Shown one piece after another: positions 30,305 through 41,392 of a stretch of DNA of 64,000 bases. The stretch comes from Cyanobacteriota bacterium (GTDB lineage: Bacteria > Cyanobacteriota > Cyanobacteriia > Cyanobacteriales > Nostocaceae): the NCBI GenBank assembly GCA_046045965.1, contig JBJOKS010000011.1, positions 1 through 64,000 of the forward strand, read 5' to 3'. The notes below the pieces were generated by a model that did no database searches, was not told the origin of the DNA, and was given only the letters and a program-made list of their open reading frames with translations. A program made the translations under genes and the position numbers. The number at the start of each line of letters is the position of its first letter. Position 1 is the first letter of the stretch.

Positions 30305-31645
30305 TTGTCCCAACTACAAGAAACTCATTTAAACCGCGCCCGTGCTAGTCTTAGACAAGCGATATCTTGGTATGGATATCTCCGCAAGTCAGGCCAGCTA
30401 TCATCAAAACCAGAATTAGCGGTTTTGGTCAAACCAGAAATAGAACTTTTAACCACCACACTCAACAAGCTAGACTCTAATGTGGTGAGAATAGCGGCTT
30501 TTGGTTTGGTGAGTCGTGGTAAGTCTGCGGTGTTAAATTCTTTGCTGGGGGAAAAAATTCTGCAAACAGGACCCCTCAACGGTGTAACTCAATGGCCGCG
30601 ATCGCTGCGTTGGAAACCAGGGGGAAAGGTAATTGTTGAATTAATTGATACTCCTGGTTTAGATGAAATTGAGGGGGAAACACGGGCGCAAATGGCGCGA
30701 GATGTGGCGCAGCAAGCTGATTTAATTTTGTTTGTGGTTTCAGGAGATATTACTAGAACCGAGTATCAAGCCTTGCTAGAGTTGCGCCAAGCCCAAAAAC
30801 CTTTGATTTTAGTATTTAACAAAATAGATTTGTATCCAGATACGGATAGAACTAGCATTTATAAAAACTTACAGGTTTTGGGTTCTGGACATACCCAAGC
30901 TAAACCGCTGTTACCTGATGAAATTGTTATGGTTGCGGCTGAACCTGCACCAATGGAAGTAAGAGTAGAATACCCGGATGGAAATGTGAGTTATGAATGG
31001 GAAACTCCACCACCCCAGGTTGAGGAATTAAAGCAAACTATTTTGAATATATTGAATAGAGAAGGGCGATCGCTTTTAGCTTTAAATGCACTAATTCAAG
31101 CACGGGAAGCTGAGGAAATTATAGCTCAAAAAACTATTGATTTTCGTCAACAAGAAGCAGAAGATATTATTTGGAAGTTTACTAAATATAAGGCTTTAGC
31201 TATTGGGTTAAATCCGATTGCTTTTTTAGATATTATTGGTGGTGTAATTACAGATTTGGCTTTAATTCGTTCTCTAGCTAGATTATATTCTTTACCTATG
31301 ACTAGCTATGAAGCTACTAATTTATTCAGAACCATTTTATTGAGTTCTGGTGGTTTGTTGTTAGGTGAATTAGGCAGTAGTTTTCTATTAGGTTTAGGTA
31401 AAAGTACGGCTGCGATCGCTAGTGGTGATAATCCTCTCAATATTACTACCTTTGCTGGCAGTGCGATCGCTCAAGCTGGTATTGCCGGTTATGGATCTTA
31501 TACTGTAGGTAAAGCTGCACAGGTTTATTTAGAAAAGGGCTGTACATGGGGACAATTGGGCGCTAGTACGGTGATTGAGGAGATTTTGAGTCAAGTTGAT
31601 AAAAATACAATTTTGTATCGGTTACAGAAAGAATTAGGAAGATAG
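30305..31645 (+). CDS. Era-like GTP-binding protein with DUF697-type C-terminus
   Basis: GLVSRGKS, DTPG and NKID motifs. Confidence 0.85.
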   Translation: MSQLQETHLNRARASLRQAISWYGYLRKSGQLSSKPELAVLVKPEIELLTTTLNKLDSNVVRIAAFGLVSRGKSAVLNSLLGEKILQTGPLNGVTQWPRSLRWKPGGKVIVELIDTPGLDEIEGETRAQMARDVAQQADLILFVVSGDITRTEYQALLELRQAQKPLILVFNKIDLYPDTDRTSIYKNLQVLGSGHTQAKPLLPDEIVMVAAEPAPMEVRVEYPDGNVSYEWETPPPQVEELKQTILNILNREGRSLLALNALIQAREAEEIIAQKTIDFRQQEAEDIIWKFTKYKALAIGLNPIAFLDIIGGVITDLALIRSLARLYSLPMTSYEATNLFRTILLSSGGLLLGELGSSFLLGLGKSTAAIASGDNPLNITTFAGSAIAQAGIAGYGSYTVGKAAQVYLEKGCTWGQLGASTVIEEILSQVDKNTILYRLQKELGR

Positions 31646-31647
31646 TT

Positions 31648-33822
31648 TCAGATATCAGACTTCTGAAGATTTCCAAATTTAGGACTCCACCATCCTTTAG
31701 CTGTATGAAAATAAGCCACATCTTTATGTTTTTTATCTTTCCAAGAATCTTGACCAGAACACCGCAACATAGTTTTATTCTGTCCATCTTTAATATAGCT
31801 GTATTCCTCCAAAGGTTTCTTACATACTGGACAGGGATATGAAGTGATTTTAGCTGAAGGTTTGGGAGCATTTTCATCTGGAGATGTTTTAGTTTTAGGT
31901 GCTTCCCAACGTTTGTTAAAATCGCTCCAAAACAAAACAATGTTTTCACAGCTACTCACACATTTGAGAAAGTATTTCTTTTTAACTTTACTGCTGGGAA
32001 TTTTAGCTAAAAAGTTATTACATTCAGGACATTTGGTTTTTGAAGTTTCATATTTACGCTCAACTTTACCATTACTTTTAGCTGTAGTTGATGAATTAAC
32101 AACCACAGTTTTAGCTTGAGAAAGTGCAGGGACAAAATAGTTTTGATTCCAAGTCGTTAAATAATGTTGCCAAGAGTTTTTTCCTTCAGAAATTGCATCT
32201 AGTGCATCCTCCATTTTAGCAGTGAATTCCGCTTCTAATAAATCTGGTAAAGCTTTTTGTAAAAACTCATCAACTTCCAAACCCAAAGTTGTAGGTTGAA
32301 GATTGTCTTTTTTTAACTCCACATAATTGCGTTTCTTTAAAGTAGCAACTGTAGGCGCGTAGGTACTAGGACGACCAATACCTTTTCTTTCCATCAATTG
32401 TACTAGTTTTGGTTCACTGTAACGCGGTGGTGGTTGGGTTTGTTTCTTCTCATGTCCGGCTTTTTCTAAAGTTAGTATTTGTCCCTGTTGTACAACAGGT
32501 AAAACCGCATCTTTGCTAAGATTCAGCCAATATTTTGCATAACCGTAAAATTCGATTACTTGCCCTCTAGCTTGCCATAAAATATTACCTGATTTCGTAA
32601 TTATCAGAGTTTTACGAAGTTGAGCAGGACGACATTGAGAGCTGATCGCTCTTTTCCAAATCATCACATACAGGTTAAACTCATCTTCAGGTAATTCTGC
32701 CCGTAATTGCACTGAAGGACGAAAAACATCTGTAGGACGAATAGCTTCATGTGCTTCCTGCGCTGTTTTATTACTGCGATGCTTGGCTACTTGCTGAGGG
32801 ACATTTTGCGGATCATTTTGTTCCAACCACTTACGCGCACTAGCACAAAATTCAGGACTTAACATCACTGAATCAGTTCGCATATATGTAATTAACCCTG
32901 CTTCATATAAATTCTGTGCTACCTGCATGGTTTTGTCGGGAGTAAATTTCAACTTTGAACCCGCTGCTTGTTGGAGGGTGGAGGTGGTAAATGGTGGAGG
33001 GGGTTGACGATAAACGAGTTTCCCTTCTACGTGAATAACCTGATGCGGATGAAGTTTTGCTTCCTCAACTAATCTTGTTGCTTCTGCTTCCGAGAGAACA
33101 CGCTTAGATTCGGGTTTTTCTGGGTTATTACCAGCTGCATCATCGTGAGTTTCTGTTTCTGCTTCTGCTGTTTCTGTGAGAGTATTGGCTGTACCTTTGT
33201 AAAAAGCCCGAAATCCTTCTTTATAGTCAACCCAAACACTCCAATAATCTTGGGGGACAAAAACCTGAATTTCTCTTTCGCGCTGACAAATTAGGTGTAA
33301 TGTGGCGCTTTGGACTCTACCTACGCTTTTTGCCCCGTTATTTAATGCCCAAACTAGGGGACTACCTTTGTAACCTACTAGCTTATCAAGACAATCTCGA
33401 CATAATCCTGCACCGATTAAATTGGTGTCAAGTTTTCGGGGATGAGCGATCGCATTTTTGACCGCAGATGGTGTAATCTCTGTATAAACTACTCGCTTGG
33501 GTTCTCTCAATCCTAAAGTTTCTTTAAGATGCCAAGCAATGGTTTCTCCCTCTCTGTCTGGGTCTGTTGCTAAAACAACTTCATCAACTTGTTTGACAGC
33601 CGCTTTGAGTTGTTGAATTGTTTCCTTAGCCCGTTGATCACGGGGGATATAATTACAGCGTACACTATTACCATCCATCGTGAATCCTAGTGAATCTTCA
33701 CCCTCATTACTGAGTTCGCGGATATGTCCACAACTAGCGCGAACAATCCAATCTGCACCGAGAATTTGACTCAGCTTTTTGACTTTTCCGGGAGATTCAA
33801 CCACTAGGAGACGTTTGGGCAT
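31648..33822 (-). CDS. topA: Type IA DNA topoisomerase
   Basis: VVESPGK, ATDPDREGE, GRVQS, ITYMRTDS, AHEAIRPT, GIGRPSTY and C-terminal Cys pairs. Confidence 0.93.
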   Translation of the reverse strand: MPKRLLVVESPGKVKKLSQILGADWIVRASCGHIRELSNEGEDSLGFTMDGNSVRCNYIPRDQRAKETIQQLKAAVKQVDEVVLATDPDREGETIAWHLKETLGLREPKRVVYTEITPSAVKNAIAHPRKLDTNLIGAGLCRDCLDKLVGYKGSPLVWALNNGAKSVGRVQSATLHLICQREREIQVFVPQDYWSVWVDYKEGFRAFYKGTANTLTETAEAETETHDDAAGNNPEKPESKRVLSEAEATRLVEEAKLHPHQVIHVEGKLVYRQPPPPFTTSTLQQAAGSKLKFTPDKTMQVAQNLYEAGLITYMRTDSVMLSPEFCASARKWLEQNDPQNVPQQVAKHRSNKTAQEAHEAIRPTDVFRPSVQLRAELPEDEFNLYVMIWKRAISSQCRPAQLRKTLIITKSGNILWQARGQVIEFYGYAKYWLNLSKDAVLPVVQQGQILTLEKAGHEKKQTQPPPRYSEPKLVQLMERKGIGRPSTYAPTVATLKKRNYVELKKDNLQPTTLGLEVDEFLQKALPDLLEAEFTAKMEDALDAISEGKNSWQHYLTTWNQNYFVPALSQAKTVVVNSSTTAKSNGKVERKYETSKTKCPECNNFLAKIPSSKVKKKYFLKCVSSCENIVLFWSDFNKRWEAPKTKTSPDENAPKPSAKITSYPCPVCKKPLEEYSYIKDGQNKTMLRCSGQDSWKDKKHKDVAYFHTAKGWWSPKFGNLQKSDI

Positions 33823-34073
33823 GGCACTTGTGTTTTAGATACTTTAATATAGGAATTTTAAAGTAAATGAGAAGATTTTTCCAAGAAGTTGAGAAATACT
33901 GGAGAGAATCATGAAAATCACCTAAGACGCAGAAATTGATGTTTTAAGAATTATATTCAGCAATGTGCCAATTGAAGCAAGTGATGAACAAAAACCAGGA
34001 ATCATTTGAGATTATATTGATAAAATCATCCTGTACATCCTTAAATCCTGGGTATCCTGATTCAGACAACAAA

Positions 34074-35570
34074 ATGATATATCTCCAATTAGAAAATATT
34101 ACTAAATGTTTTGGTTCATTTGTCGCTAATGACAATATTAATCTAACTGTAGAAACTGGTAAAATTCATGGAATTTTGGGAGAAAATGGTGCAGGTAAAA
34201 CCACATTAATGAATATTATTAGCGGTTTTTATCAACCAGATTCAGGAAATATTTATTTAGACAATAAACCAGTAAAAATTAATTCTCCCCGTGAAGCAAT
34301 TAAATTAGGTATTGGTATGATTTATCAACATTTCATGCTTGTACCTCAATTAACAGTTACAGAAAATATTATTTTAGGAACTGAAACAAAATGGCGTTTA
34401 AATCTTCAAAAGAAACAAAAAGAAATTACTAATTTATCTCAACTATATCAATTAGAAATTGACCCCAACGCTAAAATTGAAGATTTACCAGTGGGAACAC
34501 AACAACGAGTAGAAATTCTCAAAGTCCTTTACAGAGGAGCAAAATTATTAATTCTTGATGAACCTACCGCAGTTTTAACACCTCAGCAGGTAATATCATT
34601 AATTACTATTTTGCGTCAACTTGCTAATAACGGAAATACGATTATTTTTATTAGTCATAAATTAGAAGAAGTGATGAATTTATGTGATAGTGTCACGGTT
34701 TTACGTCGGGGTAAAGTCGTCGCTACAATAAATACTAAAAATACCACATCTCAAGAATTAGCAAAATTAATGGTAGGACGAGAAGTAGTTTTAAATTTGC
34801 AGAAATTTCCAGCATATTTAGGAAAATTATTGTTATCAGTAGAGAATTTACAAGTTGCAGATGATAGAGGTGTGAATGCTGTTAAAAATGTCTCTTTTCA
34901 ATTGCGAGAAGGGGAAATTTTAGGAATTGCTGGAGTAGATGGAAATGGACAGCGAGAATTAGCAGATGCGATTGCAGGTTTGCGAAATATTCAACAAGGT
35001 AAAATTGGATATAACTCCGAAATTAATCAGGATATAAAAATTGGTTATATTCCCGAAGATAGGCAAACAATGGGATTAGTATTACAATTTAATATTGGTG
35101 AAAACTTGATTTTAAAGACTTTTAGAAAAGTACCATTTTCTCGGCATTTTTTATTACAAAAACAAACAATTAAAAATAATGCAGAATTAGCAATGCAAGG
35201 GTTTGATATTAGAACTAATTTTGAAGATGTTCAGGTAAGTCAACTATCAGGAGGAAATCAACAAAAGGTAGTTTTAGCACGAGAATTAGCAGGAGAACCG
35301 AGTTTAATTATTGCTATGCAACCTACGAGGGGTTTAGATATAGGTGCGACAGAAGTAGTACATACAAAACTGTTAGCAGAAAGGGAACGAGGGGCAGCTA
35401 TTTTATATATTTCCACCGAGTTAGAGGAAGTGATGGCCATAAGCGATCGCATTGCGGTAATGTATAAAGGTGAATTTATTGATATTTTGGATGCACAAAC
35501 AGCAACTATTGAGGAAATTGGTTTGTTAATGGGTGGAGGAATAAATAAATCATCAAAAAGACGTTTATAA
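34074..35570 (+). CDS. Nucleoside/sugar (CUT2-type) ABC transporter ATP-binding protein
   Basis: Two ABC domains: GENGAGKTT, DEPTAVLTP and LSGGNQQK. Probable start MIYLQL. Confidence 0.92.
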   Translation: MIYLQLENITKCFGSFVANDNINLTVETGKIHGILGENGAGKTTLMNIISGFYQPDSGNIYLDNKPVKINSPREAIKLGIGMIYQHFMLVPQLTVTENIILGTETKWRLNLQKKQKEITNLSQLYQLEIDPNAKIEDLPVGTQQRVEILKVLYRGAKLLILDEPTAVLTPQQVISLITILRQLANNGNTIIFISHKLEEVMNLCDSVTVLRRGKVVATINTKNTTSQELAKLMVGREVVLNLQKFPAYLGKLLLSVENLQVADDRGVNAVKNVSFQLREGEILGIAGVDGNGQRELADAIAGLRNIQQGKIGYNSEINQDIKIGYIPEDRQTMGLVLQFNIGENLILKTFRKVPFSRHFLLQKQTIKNNAELAMQGFDIRTNFEDVQVSQLSGGNQQKVVLARELAGEPSLIIAMQPTRGLDIGATEVVHTKLLAERERGAAILYISTELEEVMAISDRIAVMYKGEFIDILDAQTATIEEIGLLMGGGINKSSKRRL

Positions 35571-35580
35571 ATAAAAATTT

Positions 35581-35928
35581 TTATAAACCTAAACAATAGC
35601 GAGTAGTTTTTTCAACTAATAACATTGCTTCTTTAGATAACCTACCTGCCGGATTTTCTGGAAAGCGTGTTGGATCAAGAGAACGAATTTGAAAACACAA
35701 AAATACGGTTTCTAAAATTAGACCACTTTCCGCAGGAAAAACTCTGACATTTGTGGGATAATCACGAGGTATATTAGCACCTTTAGTACCAACAACTACA
35801 GTTACAACCAGGGGAAGATTATTAATTGCATCAATGGAAAGTACAAGTACAGGGCGTTCTCCAGCCTGTTCTCTACCTTTAACTGGATTGAGGTTGAGAA
35901 AATATATTTCTCCACGTTGAATACTCAT
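35581..35928 (-). CDS. PemK/MazF-family toxin
   Basis: RGEIYFLNLNPVKGREQAGERPVLVLS and QIRSLD. Confidence 0.92.
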   Translation of the reverse strand: MSIQRGEIYFLNLNPVKGREQAGERPVLVLSIDAINNLPLVVTVVVGTKGANIPRDYPTNVRVFPAESGLILETVFLCFQIRSLDPTRFPENPAGRLSKEAMLLVEKTTRYCLGL

Positions 35929-36212
35929 TATTCTTGTTCCTCTAACCCATCCATTTCTGTATAAGCAAACTCTTGATTAATAGCTACTAATTCCTCTTGA
36001 ATCGCTGGATCATTTGCCATTGCTGATAATTGTTTTTCCATACTTTCTGGTGTTAATGATGAAATATTATTAACTGCAATATGTGAAAATTCTTTTAAGG
36101 TTTTAAGTCTCATGTTATGGACAATTCTCTCAATTAACCATAACTGTTCTTCACGCGATAGGAGATTAATTGATTGTTCAATTTGTATTAGGTGTTCAGA
36201 TAAATTATTCAT
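35928..36212 (-). CDS. Putative antitoxin
   Basis: 94 aa with an acidic C-terminus and a TAATG overlap with the toxin start. Confidence 0.7.
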   Translation of the reverse strand: MNNLSEHLIQIEQSINLLSREEQLWLIERIVHNMRLKTLKEFSHIAVNNISSLTPESMEKQLSAMANDPAIQEELVAINQEFAYTEMDGLEEQE

Positions 36213-36241
36213 AAGATTCTACTCATTAAACTCATTATATT

Positions 36242-37285
36242 ATGACGAAAAATCATAAACTAATCCGCCTACTAACAATTATATCACCATTAATTGCCAT
36301 CGCCTTTGCTCTTTTTGCTGGTGCAATTCTCATTTTACTTGCTGGTGCTAATCCCATTGTTGCATATACCGCTTTATTTCAAGAATCCCTTTCTACTTAT
36401 TTTGGGTTTGGTAACACTCTCACCAAAATGACTCCTTTATTATTTACAAGTTTAGGTGTTGTGGTGGCTTTACGTGCTGGGCAATTTAATATTGGTGGGG
36501 AAGGACAAATTTATTTAGGTGCTTTAGGAAGTAGTTTAATAGGTTTATATATTCAAGGAATTCCGGCATTTATTCATATTCCTTTAGCCTTATTTTGCGG
36601 ATTTCTTTTTGGTGCATTTTGGGGTTTAATTCCTGGTTATTTGAAAGCTATAAAAGGAGTAAATGAAGTAATTACAACTTTGCTATTAAATTACATTGCG
36701 GTGAATTTAATTAGCTATTTAGTACAAAATCCTTTAAAAGCACCAGCAGCACCTAGTCCTTATTCTCCACTAATTGCCAAGTCTGCTAAATTACCAATTA
36801 TTTTACCCGAAAGTCTTGCCCATGCCGGAATTTTATTAGCATTAATTACGGCGATAATTTTAGGGATTTTATTAGTAAAATCGACTTTAGGATACCAAAT
36901 AAATGCCGTCGGATTTAACCCTGTAGCCGCCCGTTACGCCAAAATTTCCGTAGAACGTACTATTATGTTAGTTATGAGTTTAGCGGGTGGTTTAGCAGGT
37001 TTAGCAGGTGCTTGTGAGGTTATGGGTTTGAAATATCGGCTATTTGAACAAGTATCACCTGGTTATGGATTTGATGCGATCGCGATCGCTTTTTTAAGTC
37101 GTGGTAATGTCTTTGGTATAGTGCTAACTTCTCTGTTTTTTGCCGCTTTGCGTAGTGGTGCAAATGTCATGCAACGCAGCGCCGGTGTACCCTCAACTAT
37201 AGTTTATGCTATTCAAGGTTTAACAGTATTATTTATTGCGATCGCTTTAGCTTTAGAATATCGGGTAAAAGAAATTAAAAATTGA
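36242..37285 (+). CDS. Nucleoside-type ABC permease 1
   Basis: FNIGGEGQ, NEVITTLLLNY and GYGFDAIAIAFL. Confidence 0.9.
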   Translation: MTKNHKLIRLLTIISPLIAIAFALFAGAILILLAGANPIVAYTALFQESLSTYFGFGNTLTKMTPLLFTSLGVVVALRAGQFNIGGEGQIYLGALGSSLIGLYIQGIPAFIHIPLALFCGFLFGAFWGLIPGYLKAIKGVNEVITTLLLNYIAVNLISYLVQNPLKAPAAPSPYSPLIAKSAKLPIILPESLAHAGILLALITAIILGILLVKSTLGYQINAVGFNPVAARYAKISVERTIMLVMSLAGGLAGLAGACEVMGLKYRLFEQVSPGYGFDAIAIAFLSRGNVFGIVLTSLFFAALRSGANVMQRSAGVPSTIVYAIQGLTVLFIAIALALEYRVKEIKN

Positions 37286-37306
37286 CAATTAACAATTAAA
37301 ACAATT

Positions 37307-38236
37307 GTGAATAACCTTAACTTTTTTTCAGATTATCTAGTTGCTAGTTTACATCTTTCTGTACCTCTAGCATTTGCCGCATTAGGAGGATTATACTCAG
37401 AACGTTCAGGAGTTTTAAATATTGCCTTAGAGGGAATGTTATTAACAGGCGCTTTTACCAGTGCAGCCACAACATTATACACGAATAATCCTTGGTTGGG
37501 TATTTTTGCTGCTGTAATTGCTGGAGGTTTAGTAGGTTTACTTCATGCTTTTTTATCTGTAACTTTGCGAGTAGATCAATTAGTTTCTGGTTTAGCTATT
37601 AATTTAGTAGCATCGGGAATAACATCATTTTTAGCCAGGTTAATATTTAATGGTAGTACCCAAAGATTACCAGGAATTGAAGCGATTATAATTCCCGGTT
37701 TATCCCAAATTCCTATTATTGGCAGTTTACTATTTCAACAAGATATTTTTGTTTATTTATTATTATTACTAATTATTTTAACTAGATATATCTTGTTTTC
37801 TACTAACTTTGGTTTAACCTTACGTGCTGTGGGAGAATATCCTCCAGCAGTAGATACCGCAGGTTTATCTGTGTCATCAGTGCGTTACTATGCGGTGATT
37901 ATTAGTGGATGTTTAGCGAGTTTGGGAGGTGCTTATCTCACAAGCGTGCAAATCAGATTTTTTGCCGAAGGAATGAGTGCAGGAAAAGGTTTTATTGCCA
38001 TTGCAGCGTTAATATTTGGTAAATGGCATCCCGTCGGTTGTGCGTTAGCTTCCTTGCTATTTGGTGCTACAGAAGCTTTACAACTGCGAATTCAAGCTTT
38101 AAGTGTGAATATTCCCTATCAATTCTTATTAATGTTGCCCTATCTAATTGCTATTTTAGCATTAGTAGGATTAGCCGGAAAATCTACACCACCAAAAGCT
38201 TTAGGTATTCATTATACTAAAAATGATAGGCAATAA
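37307..38236 (+). CDS. Nucleoside-type ABC permease 2
   Basis: SERSGVLNIALEG, LRAVGE and GKGFIAIAALIFGKW. Confidence 0.9.
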   Translation: MNNLNFFSDYLVASLHLSVPLAFAALGGLYSERSGVLNIALEGMLLTGAFTSAATTLYTNNPWLGIFAAVIAGGLVGLLHAFLSVTLRVDQLVSGLAINLVASGITSFLARLIFNGSTQRLPGIEAIIIPGLSQIPIIGSLLFQQDIFVYLLLLLIILTRYILFSTNFGLTLRAVGEYPPAVDTAGLSVSSVRYYAVIISGCLASLGGAYLTSVQIRFFAEGMSAGKGFIAIAALIFGKWHPVGCALASLLFGATEALQLRIQALSVNIPYQFLLMLPYLIAILALVGLAGKSTPPKALGIHYTKNDRQ

Positions 38237-38585
38237 ATACTCCTATTCTCTTCTAGAGTAATTTCATTTAGAGAATTTATTCAATTCAAAAAACTCCTCA
38301 TAAATTATTCCGGATCTATTCTTGCAAATACTCTAGAGAATGTATCATGAGATGTAATTCCATTTGGTACTTATAAAAAGTATAGGAATTAACTAAAAAA
38401 TTATCTTTAAATTGTTACCGTTAATCAGAGTTTAGTCAATGCTAATCAGTTAAGAAAGGGAAAAAGGAAAAACAAAAACCTGAACTTTTAACCTTTACCC
38501 ACATAAACTTAAAAACTACAATTTCTTAACAGAGTAGTATTGTATCTTTTCCCTAGTTATCTTACACAAATAAGGTGAAAGTATC

Positions 38586-38861
38586 ATGACAACATTTGAC
38601 GGAGTTCAAGCTGCAAATAACTCCGAATTAAATCAATCAAAAACCATTCAACAAGCAATTCTGGAAGCTATTGTTGAAGCCAGAGAAATTTGTGATCAAA
38701 ATGGTATTAATTCACCTAATTGTGCCGTAGCTTGGGATATTGTCGAAGAATTGCAAGCAGAAAAAGCCCATCAAGAACAAGCAAAAAAACGTCAAACCTC
38801 CCTAGAAAGCTACTGTGAAATGTACCCAGATGCCCTAGAGTGTTTAATATACGATCTGTAA
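38586..38861 (+). CDS. cp12: Calvin cycle regulator CP12
   Basis: N-terminal Cys pair, AWDIVEEL and C-terminal YC..YPDALECLIYD. Confidence 0.9.
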   Translation: MTTFDGVQAANNSELNQSKTIQQAILEAIVEAREICDQNGINSPNCAVAWDIVEELQAEKAHQEQAKKRQTSLESYCEMYPDALECLIYDL

Positions 38862-38981
38862 ATTATTTACCCCTTTCTTCCTTTGCACCTTTGCGTCTTT
38901 GCGTGAGATAAAAAAAGCGATCGCACCCCCAAAAACCAGGAATGCGATCGCTTTTTTAGTTGCACTATTTTGTAAACTTCC

Positions 38982-39935
38982 CTAACTAAGCAAATGCAAC
39001 TGATTAAAAATTGTACTCACCAAATGATGAGTAATTGGTAAACTATCAACCACCATCCCCAAACACAACAACATCATGTAAGAGATGGAATACAAAAACA
39101 ATTCTCTAGCTACAGTTTTATCTTCTGGGTTTTGCAACAACCGCCAAGACTTATGGACAAATACCCCACCCAAAGTCAAAGCAATTACCACATAAACAAT
39201 ACCACTAGCGTGTAAAGGATAAAACAGCAGCACCGTAGCAGTTACAGTAATTACCGTGTAGTACCAAATTTGCCGTACCGTAGCTTTATCACCGGCTACC
39301 ACAGGTAACATCGGAATCCCTACTTTTGCGTAATCATCCCGAATCATCAACGCCAAAGCCCAGAAATGAGGCGGAGTCCATAAAAAGACAATGGCAAAAA
39401 TTAACCAAGCCGCCCAGCTTAAAGTGTCAGTAACTGCTGCCCAACCGACTAAAGCCGGAATAGCACCCGCAGCACCGCCAATCACAATATTTTGAGTGCT
39501 GTGACGTTTTAGCCAATGGGTATAGACCAAAACATAAAAAACGATACCGGAAAATGCTAAAAGTGCCGCCAAGAGATTGGCAAATACAGATAGGAGAGTA
39601 AAAGAACCTACAGCCAGAGCGATCGCAAAAATTAACGCATCACGGGGCTGGACTCTACCAGATGGCATAGGACGGTGGCGCGTCCGTTCCATATCATAAT
39701 CTATATCTCGGTCATAGATACAGTTGATTGTTTGGGCGCTGGCAGCAGCCAAAGTACCACCAAGCAGGGTTACTAACAATAACCAAGGGTCTACTTGCCC
39801 TTTAGCAGCAATCCACATACTACCAGCCGTTGTAATTAACAGCAACGGAATAATCCGAGGCTTGGTTAGCTGGTAATAACTTTGAATCACCTGAAAAAAT
39901 GTATCGTGGTGGCGAGAGACATTAGTCTCAATCAT
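38982..39935 (-). CDS. ctaB: Protoheme IX farnesyltransferase (heme o synthase)
   Basis: [26 protein letters not shown] and WTPPHFWAL. Confidence 0.95.
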   Translation of the reverse strand: MIETNVSRHHDTFFQVIQSYYQLTKPRIIPLLLITTAGSMWIAAKGQVDPWLLLVTLLGGTLAAASAQTINCIYDRDIDYDMERTRHRPMPSGRVQPRDALIFAIALAVGSFTLLSVFANLLAALLAFSGIVFYVLVYTHWLKRHSTQNIVIGGAAGAIPALVGWAAVTDTLSWAAWLIFAIVFLWTPPHFWALALMIRDDYAKVGIPMLPVVAGDKATVRQIWYYTVITVTATVLLFYPLHASGIVYVVIALTLGGVFVHKSWRLLQNPEDKTVARELFLYSISYMMLLCLGMVVDSLPITHHLVSTIFNQLHLLS

Positions 39936-40051
39936 GTTAGCTCTACTTCCTTTCTCAGTTATCAATTATCAGTGATCAGGCAACAGGTGACAGGGAACAG
40001 GGAACAGGCGAAAGTGAAGATAATTACCAATTACCAGCCACAAATAGATAA

Positions 40052-40978
40052 CTAGCAACTTGAGTTACCAATTGTTCTGTCACGCAGTGCTAAAACCGTA
40101 AACACCACCAAAGTACCCAGCAAAGTAGCACCTACAGCTTGGTGAGTAACAGTTAGAGGTTCGACTTGTAGATGTAGTCGGAAAGTAGCAACTCCCAACA
40201 GTAGTTGTAAAATCAACAAGCTACCAGCAATATTTGCCAGTCGTCGCAACGTGGGATGCAGTGCTGGTGTACGCCAAGAGATAAATACAATGACCAAAGT
40301 AGCCACCGTTGGCGGTAGCAACCCAAAAATATGGCTGTACATCACAGCACAGAGTTGATCCCCGCCGGCAAAGCATTGATGCAAAGCCCAGCGAGAACCC
40401 ACCAAAGCACCAAGTAGACTTTGTAGGTAAACCAAAACAGCCGCAACTAAACCCACCCAAGGCAGCTTACCAGCGGTTCCAGTTCCCTGATAGGGAGTAA
40501 GTACCGTACCGATGACTAACAGGGTGATGAAAAACAAGAGTGCCGTTCCCAAATGGGCAGTCACAATATCAAACCGCAACAGTTGGGTAACAGTTAGTCC
40601 TCCCAAAACCCCTTGGAAGACAATTAAAAACAAGGCAAATGTCGAAGCCCAAGGCAACCAGTTGGGTAAAACACGACGATGCCACCAGGATAAACCGGCC
40701 AGAGCGATCGCGCTAAAACCAATCAACGCCGCATCTAATCTGTGAAACCACTCCAAGAATACTTGAAGATTCATTTGCTTGGCTGGAACCAATTCCCCAT
40801 AGCACAGCGGCCAGTCTGGGCAAGCCAGTCCAGCATTCATCACGCGGGTGGCACTGCCTATGGCCATCAAAATTAAGGTGGCTATGCAAATTTTCCACAC
40901 CAAGCGACGAATGACTTCCTTGGGGCTGTTGTGTTGGGCTGCCGCTTCATTTTGTTGTTCTAGGACAAATTCGTTCAT
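40052..40978 (-). CDS. ctaA: Heme A synthase
   Basis: GLACPDWPLC, EWFHR and conserved His residues. Confidence 0.93.
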   Translation of the reverse strand: MNEFVLEQQNEAAAQHNSPKEVIRRLVWKICIATLILMAIGSATRVMNAGLACPDWPLCYGELVPAKQMNLQVFLEWFHRLDAALIGFSAIALAGLSWWHRRVLPNWLPWASTFALFLIVFQGVLGGLTVTQLLRFDIVTAHLGTALLFFITLLVIGTVLTPYQGTGTAGKLPWVGLVAAVLVYLQSLLGALVGSRWALHQCFAGGDQLCAVMYSHIFGLLPPTVATLVIVFISWRTPALHPTLRRLANIAGSLLILQLLLGVATFRLHLQVEPLTVTHQAVGATLLGTLVVFTVLALRDRTIGNSSC

Positions 40979-41392
40979 TAACGATACCTTATCCCCGCTT
41001 GAGGTAGATTCTTAAAATTATCTATTTGATCAGTCCAGACCTATCTACACCCTAACCTATGAACTAGGGTTTCTAGATTGGCTTTCACTTATACTTTGAA
41101 TCACTACAGGCTGTTTTTACTGTAAGATTTAGGTATTTTTTAAGATGTGAATCATTAAATAATGAAAATTATTTAAAATTTCCGAAAATCTTGCTTAAAT
41201 TTTGCTTAAATTTTGGTGCTAATGATCATTTTTTCCTGGATATATCACATTCATACCTTTTACTCAAGATTGGTTAACTAATCAAAAAAATTAATAAAAA
41301 TTTCAGACATTGAGAGTCCATATCCCCAAGGCTGCACTACCTTAGTAAGTGAGTTACTTTGAGATAACGTAATCAATTCCCTTAAGTAAGCC

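Noticed and set aside
33963..34073. N-terminal extension of the ABC ATPase (and similar extensions on mntB, coxC and nusB)
   Set aside because: The extensions run through short repeats (atcct-type, STRR) or non-conserved sequence. Downstream ATGs match the family starts.
38309..38314. DIF1 (TCCGGA) promoter for cp12
   Set aside because: A single hexamer whose spacing to the nearest -10-like box (about 28 bp) does not fit. It could be chance.
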